In this document: one piece after another, positions 17,402 through 25,300 of the stretch
Numbering within the stretch: the first letter of the stretch is position 1
How the letters are laid out: each line of letters begins with the position of its first letter
Assembly (NCBI GenBank): GCA_964531785.1
Contig: CAZHFF010000004.1
Location: 1,169 to 65,168 of the forward strand
DNA: 64,000 bases
DNA from: an uncultured Candidatus Saccharibacteria bacterium
GTDB taxonomy: Bacteria; Patescibacteriota; Minisyncoccia; Phycocordibacterales; UBA12088
Reading direction: 5' to 3'
Program-made: the position numbers and the translations under genes
Notes under the pieces: model-generated
What the model saw: only the letters and a program-made list of their open reading frames with translations
Database searches by the model: none
What the model was told of the DNA's origin: nothing

Positions 17402-19528
17402 TTACAGTGTTTGCAGGGCTTCGCGTACCTTGCCGACCTTGTCGGAGCGGATGACGCCGGTCGCGACAAGGAGGTCGACCATTCGGTGTAACTCCTCTTG
17501 GGTTATCTGGCGATCTATGGTTGTTTGGTTGAGCTTACCGCGTGTCAGTGGACCAACGTAGCCGGTCTGCGGCAGTCCCTGGGCCTTCTGGTACGCAATG
17601 ACGGCCTCCTTCGTAATGGGTCCAAAGTAACCGGTCGCAGTCTCGAACGTGAAGAATCCCTCGGCCTTGAGCCGTACCTGGAGCTCGCGCACGTCGTTGC
17701 CGCTCGTGCCGAACCACAGATCCTGGTCGAACCGGAAGGTCGCAACACCGAGCACGCTGCCACTTGTGCGGATAAGCGTCGTCGTCGCGACCGTGACCGT
17801 GGTCGTTGCGGTGCTGCTGGTCGCCTGCTCCTCGGCGTCGGTGGCAGCGGTGGTTCGGGGACGATCGGGATTGAGCAGTGCGCCGCCGCCTGTACGTATC
17901 GGCGTGACGACTGCGGGGGTCGACGTCGCCTCCTCTTCCAGGGGAACGCAGGTGCCGGTGCCGTCATCATTCGTGCCCGGCGGACACACGATCGGCTCCT
18001 CTGCAACTGCCACGATCTCGAACGGGGTAACCGGGAGCAAGTTACTCGGATTCCCTGCGGCATCGGTCACCGTGATCGTACAGTCATCATACATGCTGAG
18101 CGGTAGGGTGTTGAACGTAACGGTATTGTTACCGACAACCGCGTTCGTGGTCGCGCTCGTGCATGCGCCGCCATAGGTTATCGTTCCAGCTTCGGTCGAA
18201 TCAAAGGTGTAGTCGGGCGTGGTATCCGTTGTGGTGGCTGGAACGGGTGTCACCTCGGTTACCACAGGTGCGGTCATGTCGTCTGCTGGTGGAAGTTCGG
18301 CACCCATGAGTTCCAGCCCTTCGTGTACGGTCACCGTGCGCACGTCGTTCGCGTCGAGGTGCGTAACGACTTCCTCGAGCGTTCCGCGCAGGCTGCACTC
18401 GGCCGCATACCCTACTCCACCGGAGCTCTCGCACACTTCCCCATCCTCAAGCACTTCGTGGAACATGAGGATGAGCCACGCTTTCTCCGTAACTGCCGTA
18501 TCGATCCAACCCGTGATCTCTGCTGCTGTGGTGGTGTGATCGATCGACTGTACCCTGAGCGCGAGCTTATCCGTATCTTTGTAGTTATAGCCTCGTACAA
18601 CAGAACGTGCACCTACGAAACCTGCGTCAGTGAGGATGGTGCGCACAGCTTCGTTATCCCACCCTTCACCGAACGGGTATGCGAACGTACTCGGCGTAAT
18701 GCCGAGGCTTATAAGGTAGTTCTTGGAATCCAAGATCTCAGCTTCTTTCTCCGCTTGGCTCAGATCATTGAGGTGCAGGTGTCCGTGCCCGTGTACGGCG
18801 ATCTCGTGTCCGTTAGCAGCAAGTGCTGCAAGGTCGCTCGGCGCCATGTATGAGCTGTAGCTTCCCGCGACAGCTCCTGTGTATATGAAGTGGGTACTCT
18901 TGAGGTTGCCTAAGGTCGGCACTGCGTTCGTAAAGATGGATTTCCAACCATCGTCGAATGAAAGTGTCACCATGCCCTCGTCGAACCGTGCCGGTTCAGG
19001 CGCCGTCACGAGCTCGTAGTCGTCGGTCGTAAGCGTACCGGGAGCTGCGATGTACTGACCTATCGTTACTTCGGTCGCTCCGTCGGGAATCTCGATCGTA
19101 AAGGTCTTCTGTGTCCAGGTGGGGGCGGCCGGTGCGTCAGCGAGCCATGCCACCCATGAAAGGTTCTGGTCATAGAGCGCGAACGTCGAAGCGACGGTCG
19201 ACTTGTACCAGGAACTGAACACGTAGCTCGTGCCGGGCGTGACCGATACTGGTGTGAATATGAACTTCGCGTCACCGGTCTGATAGTCATCACCTATCGT
19301 TACCGACGCCGCATTCTCGCCCGTCCGTGCATCGTCCGTGGTGATGCTGTAGGTCGCGTCGTTGTCACCCCATCCGGTGCCCGTCCAGCCCGTAAGGCCG
19401 TCTTCAAAGCCGGGATTGCCGATAAGGTTTCCCGCTGCATAGAGCGGCGTTTGGAGGCCAAGAATAACTGCAAGGCTGAGCGCGAGTACGCTCGTCGCTA
19501 CAACTCGTTTTCTGACGGGTCTGTACAT
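17402..19528 (-). CDS. Secreted multidomain polysaccharide deacetylase (CBM4_9-like + NodB + Thr-rich/Ig-like + peptidoglycan-binding domain)
   Basis: Signal peptide; GNLIGNPGFEDGLTGWTG (CBM); VTLSFDDGWKS and HGHGHLHLN (NodB); C-terminal VRELQVRLKAEGFF...GYFGPITKEAVIAYQKAQGLPQTGYVG (PG_binding_1). Confidence 0.85.
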   Translation of the reverse strand: MYRPVRKRVVATSVLALSLAVILGLQTPLYAAGNLIGNPGFEDGLTGWTGTGWGDNDATYSITTDDARTGENAASVTIGDDYQTGDAKFIFTPVSVTPGTSYVFSSWYKSTVASTFALYDQNLSWVAWLADAPAAPTWTQKTFTIEIPDGATEVTIGQYIAAPGTLTTDDYELVTAPEPARFDEGMVTLSFDDGWKSIFTNAVPTLGNLKSTHFIYTGAVAGSYSSYMAPSDLAALAANGHEIAVHGHGHLHLNDLSQAEKEAEILDSKNYLISLGITPSTFAYPFGEGWDNEAVRTILTDAGFVGARSVVRGYNYKDTDKLALRVQSIDHTTTAAEITGWIDTAVTEKAWLILMFHEVLEDGEVCESSGGVGYAAECSLRGTLEEVVTHLDANDVRTVTVHEGLELMGAELPPADDMTAPVVTEVTPVPATTTDTTPDYTFDSTEAGTITYGGACTSATTNAVVGNNTVTFNTLPLSMYDDCTITVTDAAGNPSNLLPVTPFEIVAVAEEPIVCPPGTNDDGTGTCVPLEEEATSTPAVVTPIRTGGGALLNPDRPRTTAATDAEEQATSSTATTTVTVATTTLIRTSGSVLGVATFRFDQDLWFGTSGNDVRELQVRLKAEGFFTFETATGYFGPITKEAVIAYQKAQGLPQTGYVGPLTRGKLNQTTIDRQITQEELHRMVDLLVATGVIRSDKVGKVREALQTL

Positions 19529-19664
19529 GGTCGAGAACTGGGTTACCGGGTAATAAATAAGGCACCCTAAGGTGCGCTTTCATAAGTAGAGCATTTTTTC
19601 TTGCCGTTCGGGAGTTGACGCTCCAAGCAGAGCGTTACGTATACGGACGATCGGCAGTCCTCAG

Positions 19665-20471
19665 CTAAAAATCGTCCTTGTGGCGGCGGTAGCGCTCGGT
19701 GTGGGGGCGTTGCTTGAGCTTATGGCCACAGCGGGCGCAGAAACCGGCCTCTGGCTGGTGCGTTTCGTGCCCACAGCTCGTGCAAACGAGATATAGCTGG
19801 CGCGAGACGAAGATGCTTTTGAGGAGCTGAAAGAATAAGGTGACACCCAGGAGCATAGTGACGATCGACAGCAGTCTGCCCACGGTACCAACAGCGACAA
19901 CGTCCCCGAAGCCGGTCGTGGTGACCGTGCTGATCGTAAAGTACAGAGCGTCCACGAACGTTTCGATGTCCGGGTTCTTCCCGATTTGTTCAAGGAACAT
20001 GATCGATGACATGACCACGAGAAAAACGATGATGTTGATAAGCCCGGTCACCACTTCAAAGTTCCGGTGAATGAACTCATTATGGGTATCGAAGCGTGCG
20101 CCAAGCTGGTACGCTCGGAGCACCTGAAAGGTCCGTAAGACCCTGAGGACACCGAGGCTCGGCGCGACCGGTCCAAGGAGGAGCGAGCCGATGACCAGGA
20201 TGTCGAGCATATTGACAAGTCGGAAGATGAACGAGCCCTTATGTCTCGAGATCCAGAAGCGTACCAGGTACTCGACCGCAAAAAGTACACCGAACACGAC
20301 CTCCACGTAGACGAAGCCGAGTCCCGGATCCGTGAACAGGTTGATCACGGACGCTAGAATAATGAACAGATTCGCTGCGAGCAGAATGTCCGTCACTATG
20401 GTGCGCGCACGCGCTCTGCCGTACAAGAGCCGACGTAGGTGCGCTTTGATCTCTTTCGTACGTTCGCGCAT
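19665..20471 (-). CDS. Potassium channel (voltage-sensor-like + pore) with C-terminal zinc ribbon
   Basis: Selectivity filter TVTTTGFGD; S4-like LGVLRVLRTFQVLR; C-terminal CTSCGHETHQPEAGFCARCGH. Confidence 0.85.
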   Translation of the reverse strand: MRERTKEIKAHLRRLLYGRARARTIVTDILLAANLFIILASVINLFTDPGLGFVYVEVVFGVLFAVEYLVRFWISRHKGSFIFRLVNMLDILVIGSLLLGPVAPSLGVLRVLRTFQVLRAYQLGARFDTHNEFIHRNFEVVTGLINIIVFLVVMSSIMFLEQIGKNPDIETFVDALYFTISTVTTTGFGDVVAVGTVGRLLSIVTMLLGVTLFFQLLKSIFVSRQLYLVCTSCGHETHQPEAGFCARCGHKLKQRPHTERYRRHKDDF

Positions 20472-20569
20472 AGGAAACTATCAGTAAACACCCAAGCGAG
20501 AGTGGGTGCAATTCTTGTTCTTCGAACGACCCGGCGCTGCCGAGGCGGACATGCGTGACGATCGAGCGA

Positions 20570-21526
20570 CTATTTAACGAGGGTGAGCCGCACGACCTGC
20601 AGCACATCGTTCTCCTCCGTGCCGGCAACGCGAACGCGCATACCGACCGCGAAGGCGCTCTCTTTACACGGAGCACTTTCGCCGCCGTCGACACAGACAC
20701 TAGCTTCATCGAACCGGAGCTCCTTAGTGAGTGCGGGAGCGCCGGCCGTCTCATAGGTCAGGTGCCATGCGTTCGAGGTGCGTCCCGGCGTGCTGCGTAC
20801 CAGGTTGCCCTCGAGCTCAACACCGCCCACAGCGGTGACAGGGTCAAAGCGTAGCACTTTCCATTGATCGTTCTCAAGCGTGGCCGTTGCTTGCCGCACC
20901 GTGGTCGTTCCGCCGGCTATCATGAGGACCGTGACGAGCGCTTCTGTGCCGACGAGTTCGCTCTTCTCTATGGTCACCTGCTCGAGTGCTGTAGGAGCTA
21001 TGCCGACGAACTCCGCAGCGCTGCTTGCGAAGCTGCTCGGTGTGTGTGTCGCGCGTGCAGAACTGGCGAGTGTTTCGAACAGCCGTTCCGCCGACGTCGT
21101 CGCCTGTCCTTCGATCGTGAGTGTGTTCAGGGTCTCGAGAAAGCCGTATACGACCATGCCGGCATCCTCTGCGTCAGGTACGGGCGGTGTACTGCAGAGC
21201 TCGACCCAGTCGGTGACCGATAGCAGTTCGCGGCATGCGTCGCTCATGGCGTCAGGTCCAACGATCGGGCAGCTGAACGCGGCACTCGTCGGGTCACGAT
21301 AGTAGGTTGATCCACCTCCGAGCAGGGCACTATCGACACGTATAAGCGCAGCACTGCTCGAGAGCGAGACAGCGGTGACGTTATCACGTCCACAGAACGT
21401 CTGTGCGTACGCACTCAGCTGTGCAGGATCGAGCCCCGTTCTTCCAACGGGAAAAAAGTACAGCGCAAGACCGGTTGCAGCTACGAGCAGTACCGTAAGC
21501 ACTATGAGGAGCTTTTTCATACTCAA
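20570..21526 (-). CDS. Hypothetical membrane-anchored/secreted protein
   Basis: N-terminal MSMKKLLIVLTVLLVAATGLALYFF anchor; no further motif recognised. Confidence 0.6.
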   Translation of the reverse strand: MSMKKLLIVLTVLLVAATGLALYFFPVGRTGLDPAQLSAYAQTFCGRDNVTAVSLSSSAALIRVDSALLGGGSTYYRDPTSAAFSCPIVGPDAMSDACRELLSVTDWVELCSTPPVPDAEDAGMVVYGFLETLNTLTIEGQATTSAERLFETLASSARATHTPSSFASSAAEFVGIAPTALEQVTIEKSELVGTEALVTVLMIAGGTTTVRQATATLENDQWKVLRFDPVTAVGGVELEGNLVRSTPGRTSNAWHLTYETAGAPALTKELRFDEASVCVDGGESAPCKESAFAVGMRVRVAGTEENDVLQVVRLTLVK

Positions 21527-21611
21527 ACGGTACCATGGCTTGTGAGCTCATGTAAAGCCATATTATGCATCCGTCGTGTGCCACCGGTCCCGAGACAGCT
21601 CAGGGTACACG

Positions 21612-21646
21612 CCAAAAACCACAACGCCGCTCGCTGGCGGCGTTAG
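21612..21646 (-). terminator. Rho-independent terminator of 21674..22435
   Basis: Minus sense AACGCCGC-cagcga-GCGGCGTT followed by GTGGTTTTTGG. Confidence 0.7.
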
Positions 21647-21673
21647 GTAGCGATCACACGCTCTAATTAGCTG

Positions 21674-22435
21674 CTAATGACGCTCGCCCTCCTCGAAGGT
21701 GTCTTGGTCAGCGAACGCCCCAGTACTGCTCTCTTGCGAGTGCTGCCCCTGCTTGCTTCCCTGTTCGTGCGCCGCCTTTCCGGTGCCGAGTGCTGCACCC
21801 CGTAGCGCAGCTTTTGCTGTCTGCCTCAAACTTTCACGTATGTCGTGCGCTGCTTCGTTCGTAGTTTCCGCGTCGCGCAGCTTTTCGGCGATCATTACCA
21901 CGACGTCCTTGCCTGCATGCTTTGCTTCATCGATCACGTCCGCGTACTCGTCCCAGAAGGAAGTCAGGTCCTCTTTGAACGAGTGGACATCCCACTCGGT
22001 CGCTCCCGCGCTCTCGTACGACCCGGCAACACTCTGTACGATGTTGTCATAACCTTCACGGGTCAGTTCCGCTGTGTGTTCGACCCGGCGCGCAACTTCG
22101 TCCTTTGCGTCGTGCATCCACCGTTTTGCCTTTTCTCGCCGATCACGACCTTTTGAGCCGGTGTAATACAAAGCAGCTAGTGTCGCAGCTACCGCCGCTC
22201 CTGCCAGTACCACAGTAGCGGTCTTGTGGCTCTCGACCGTACGCTTTACCGGTTCTAATACTCGGTGTTGGGAGCTTTCGTTCCGCTCAAGCTCCCTGCG
22301 GACGATATCGGTATCGACCTGCTGGCCAGCTTCGGTACCACCTGCGGATGCTTGGTTTCGGTTACTATGCCGAGCGTTAGGACTGCCGTCGGGCACTGCC
22401 CCTCCTCCGCCCCGCTTGCTTGATTTGTTGTTCAT
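21674..22435 (-). CDS. YtxH-like / low-complexity general stress protein
   Basis: Single TM-like VVLAGAAVAATLAALYY followed by charged helical GSKGRDRREKAKRWMHDAKDEVARRVE typical of YtxH-type proteins. Confidence 0.5.
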   Translation of the reverse strand: MNNKSSKRGGGGAVPDGSPNARHSNRNQASAGGTEAGQQVDTDIVRRELERNESSQHRVLEPVKRTVESHKTATVVLAGAAVAATLAALYYTGSKGRDRREKAKRWMHDAKDEVARRVEHTAELTREGYDNIVQSVAGSYESAGATEWDVHSFKEDLTSFWDEYADVIDEAKHAGKDVVVMIAEKLRDAETTNEAAHDIRESLRQTAKAALRGAALGTGKAAHEQGSKQGQHSQESSTGAFADQDTFEEGERH

Positions 22436-22599
22436 AGTGGTTTCTTAGTGCTGGTAATACATATACCAGGGCACCTAACCCCGGTTTCTTTTCATACTCA
22501 GTATGCAATGTTCGGATGAACCGGTGGTGAACACAACGGACCCAAGTGAGGAAACGGCGATCATGCCCTGCCAAGCAGCACCTAGACGACCGGAATAAG

Positions 22600-22628
22600 T
22601 TGACAGCGAGTGGAAACTATGATAGTAT
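22600..22628 (+). promoter_or_regulatory. Sigma70-type promoter
   Basis: TTGACA (22600-22605), 17-nt spacer, TAGTAT (22623-22628). Confidence 0.65.
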
Positions 22629-22687
22629 GTAGACAGTTCAGAAGGGATGCGCTATAGGAGCGACGCTCTGGACGAAAGGAGACAACG

Positions 22688-22840
22688 ATGTTTGACATCA
22701 TGATCTATGGGCTGAAGGTCCTGGAGGCCAACCTGGCGGAGGCGGTTCGCTTTAGCGACCCGGCTGAAGTTCGGGAGTACATGCGGCGGGCCATGCTTCG
22801 CCCGTTCGCCGCGTTCGGTGGCCATGTTTATCTGCCGTAA
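22688..22840 (+). CDS. 50-aa hypothetical protein (below ORF-track cutoff)
   Basis: Own translation MFDIMIYGLKVLEANLAEAVRFSDPAEVREYMRRAMLRPFAAFGGHVYLP; RBS AAAGGAG 6 nt upstream; own promoter and terminator. Confidence 0.6.
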   Translation: MFDIMIYGLKVLEANLAEAVRFSDPAEVREYMRRAMLRPFAAFGGHVYLP

Positions 22841-22878
22841 AGCCTACGCTACGGGAGGAAACTGTCCAAAACAAAAAG

Positions 22879-22910
22879 GCGCTGATGAGTACATCGGCGC
22901 TTTTGTTATT
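22879..22910 (+). terminator. Rho-independent terminator
   Basis: GCGCTGATG-agta-CATCGGCGC (one G-U pair) followed by TTTTGTTATTT. Confidence 0.75.
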
Positions 22911-22998
22911 TCCAGGAACGAGCGCTACGCAAAAGGCCGGCCATTCGTGACCGGTCTCTTTTGAAAATTCCCAGAACGTGAAGCCCTCTGCTTCCCTT

Positions 22999-23229
22999 TT
23001 AGAACTTGTCCGTTCGCGCGAGTATCAGGACGTTAAGGCATTCCCGCGCAGCAGCTATGAGCGCGGTTACGTCCTCGAGAACCCCTAAGAGTCCCTTGGC
23101 CGTTTCGGCCCAGTTGGCGACCGGTGTCCACAGCATTTCCTCGAGCTGACTGCGGCTCATTTTTTTGGCTACGATCAAAGCCTTCGCAGCCTCGACCGGA
23201 TCGTTGACCGGCTCGTAAAGCCCGTCCAT
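22999..23229 (-). CDS. 76-aa hypothetical helical protein
   Basis: RBS GGAGG 6 nt upstream of ATG 23229, dedicated promoter; no family recognised. Confidence 0.65.
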   Translation of the reverse strand: MDGLYEPVNDPVEAAKALIVAKKMSRSQLEEMLWTPVANWAETAKGLLGVLEDVTALIAAARECLNVLILARTDKF

Positions 23230-23263
23230 GGAAAACCTCCACTAATAAAGGAGCATCACGTGT

Positions 23264-23293
23264 AGTATACAATGTCACATGCTGTACTGTCAA
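23264..23293 (-). promoter_or_regulatory. Sigma70-type promoter for 22999..23229
   Basis: Minus sense TTGACA (23293-23288), 18-nt spacer, TATACT (23269-23264). Confidence 0.6.
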
Positions 23294-23324
23294 GTTACCG
23301 GTCGCACCGCAGGACTCCAAAACC

Positions 23325-23352
23325 TTGCACAATGAATAAGCTGTGGTATAAT
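23325..23352 (+). promoter_or_regulatory. Extended -10 promoter facing the hydrogenase operon
   Basis: TTGCAC (23325-23330), 16-nt spacer ending TGG, TATAAT (23347-23352); same TGTGGTATAAT core as the ackA promoter. Confidence 0.65.
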
Positions 23353-23668
23353 TATCCTTGAACATTGCGTTCGTGAAGCACAGGTGTACGCTTGAGGTAA
23401 TGGCAAGGAAGAGCAACAACTCAGTCTCATCGAACGCGGTCTGAAACGGTCGAGGTTTTGTTGCAGAAATAGCACCACCCCGGCCGGAAGGCACGGGCTT
23501 ATTTTGTTCTTTCACACCGAGCGGCAACAGTACTGCATAGAATGAGGATTTTCCCTATTCTGCTGAAAGTGTATCACCCCTGATAGATCACTCACTCTGG
23601 CACACCTTCAGTAGGGCGGCGAAAACTCTTACGTCCCTACGTGTACCTTGAAAAAATGAGGTGAAATA

Positions 23669-25300
23669 ATGACCACGCATGCATTGGGGGGTGCGGTTCA
23701 TCCGCTCCTCCCCACGCTCCACAAGATCCAGAACGAGCATGGGTACATCCCGCCCGAACTGGTGCAGGAGGAAGCAGAAAAGATCGGTCTCAATCCGACC
23801 CATGTGTGGGAGGCGATCAAGTTTTACCACTACTTCCACACAGCGCCACTTGGCAGGTTCTCTATACGGGTCCCGATGTGCCCTGCGAACGTTGTGGCAG
23901 GGATCGAGAGCGTTCATGACGCCCTTACGCAACAGCTCGGCATCTCGTATGAGGACCAGCCGGACGGTGTATACACCACGCCGGACGGACTGATCTCATA
24001 CGAGCCAGTGTCGTGTTGTGGAAGGGACTATATGGCACCCTATCTACTGGTCAACGATGTGCCGGTGCCGCTCGACAAACGAAACCCTGCCGCTCATGCG
24101 CGCACGTTGCTCGACATGGTGCTACAAGGACGATTTGTCGATACTGCATTGCCGATGCCAGAGGTCAAGGTGACCGAAATGCACCACAGGGCTCTCAAAG
24201 GCATCTTGTCGATGACGGCTGACGAGATACTCGAGAGGATCGAACAATCTGGCCTCAGGGGACGCGGCGGTGCGGCGTTCCTCGCCGGCAAGAAATGGCG
24301 TACCGCACGTGAGAATGTGCAGTGCCTCCTCGGCAAGGGGACACAGGAAACAGGTGACCTTGCCTATGTCGTGGGAAACCATGACGAAGGCGAGCCCTGC
24401 ACTTTTAAGGACGAGGACCTGTCGCTCGCGGATGCGCCGCGCGTGCTCATAGGCATGATCGCCTGTGGACGCGTTATCGGTGCCACTCGCGGTGTCGTGT
24501 ATGTTCGGTACGAGTACCCGCATGTTTTTGCTGCCTACGAGCGGGCGATAGCACAGATGCTCGATGCGGGCCTCTTGGGTCGTAACATACTTAACACCGG
24601 GCAAGACTTCTTTATGGAGGTTGTCCGAGGTGGCGGAAGTTATCCGACCGGTGAATCGTCTGGTCTCGTCCGCAGCGTCATGGGAAAATTACGCCCACGA
24701 AAAACGCAACGACTAAGTGTGAGCGGCCTTTGGAACAAACCCACGGTCGTCGGAAACATCGAGTCGTTCGCTTCCGCTGCCGATATTCTTGAACTTGGAC
24801 CAACGATGTGGATCGAGAACGGCCGACTTCGCAGGTTTTCGGTGAGTGGTTGCGTAGTCAATCCGGGTGTCTATGTTCTACCGGAACAGACGACCATTCA
24901 TACACTTATCGAAGCTGCTGGCGGCGCAACGGAGCCTCTCTGGGGCGCTATTCCTGGTGGTGCATCTACTGCGTTCGTCGCCGACCTTGATACGGTTGCG
25001 GCAGGAACAGGTGCTGTTACCGTTATCGGTAAACATGTTGACCTGGCTCGCCTCGCACACTGGATCAGCTGGTTCTTCTGGCGCGAATCCTGTGGCGGGT
25101 GTCTTGCATGTCCATCTGTTACGCAGGCACTTGTCGACTGTACTAATGACGTGGACACGTTCCTCGCACCCTGCACACAAACAAAGCTAGAAGCCCTGCA
25201 CATCGCTGCGCAAGCGGGTCAGTGCGGAATGCTCTGGCCTGCGGTAGAGCCCATACTGGCGCTCTTACATGCGCTCGAGGAGATAGACCATGCCAAATGA
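23669..25300 (+). CDS. Fused NuoE-like/NuoF-like flavoprotein subunit (HydC-HydB/HndA-HndC type) of the hydrogenase
   Basis: N-terminus thioredoxin-like NuoE fold (HGYIPPELVQEEAEKIGL, VSCCGRDYMAP) with an incomplete Cys set. NuoF part: GLRGRGGAAFLAGKKW, YVVGNHDEGEPCTFKDEDL, GGGSYPTGESSGL, ESCGGCLAC. RBS GAGGTGA. Confidence 0.75.
   Translation: MTTHALGGAVHPLLPTLHKIQNEHGYIPPELVQEEAEKIGLNPTHVWEAIKFYHYFHTAPLGRFSIRVPMCPANVVAGIESVHDALTQQLGISYEDQPDGVYTTPDGLISYEPVSCCGRDYMAPYLLVNDVPVPLDKRNPAAHARTLLDMVLQGRFVDTALPMPEVKVTEMHHRALKGILSMTADEILERIEQSGLRGRGGAAFLAGKKWRTARENVQCLLGKGTQETGDLAYVVGNHDEGEPCTFKDEDLSLADAPRVLIGMIACGRVIGATRGVVYVRYEYPHVFAAYERAIAQMLDAGLLGRNILNTGQDFFMEVVRGGGSYPTGESSGLVRSVMGKLRPRKTQRLSVSGLWNKPTVVGNIESFASAADILELGPTMWIENGRLRRFSVSGCVVNPGVYVLPEQTTIHTLIEAAGGATEPLWGAIPGGASTAFVADLDTVAAGTGAVTVIGKHVDLARLAHWISWFFWRESCGGCLACPSVTQALVDCTNDVDTFLAPCTQTKLEALHIAAQAGQCGMLWPAVEPILALLHALEEIDHAK

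Noticed and set aside
17266-17469. N-terminal 68-97 codons of track ORF 15835..17469
   Set aside because: This extension contains the intrinsic terminator of the upstream gene (17360-17392) and overlaps that gene by 68 nt. The conserved Rossmann start GLGYVG lies far downstream, so a later Met was chosen.
17498-18176. Several 170-200-aa Arg/Ser/Thr-rich ORFs on both strands inside 17402..19528
   Set aside because: They are shadow ORFs of the Thr/Ala-rich linker region of the multidomain deacetylase. They have no signals and low-complexity composition.
23033-23527. 164-aa minus-strand ORF overlapping the 76-aa gene and the hydrogenase leader
   Set aside because: It is out of frame with the RBS-supported 76-aa ORF, spans two promoters, and is Arg/Gly-rich with no start signals.
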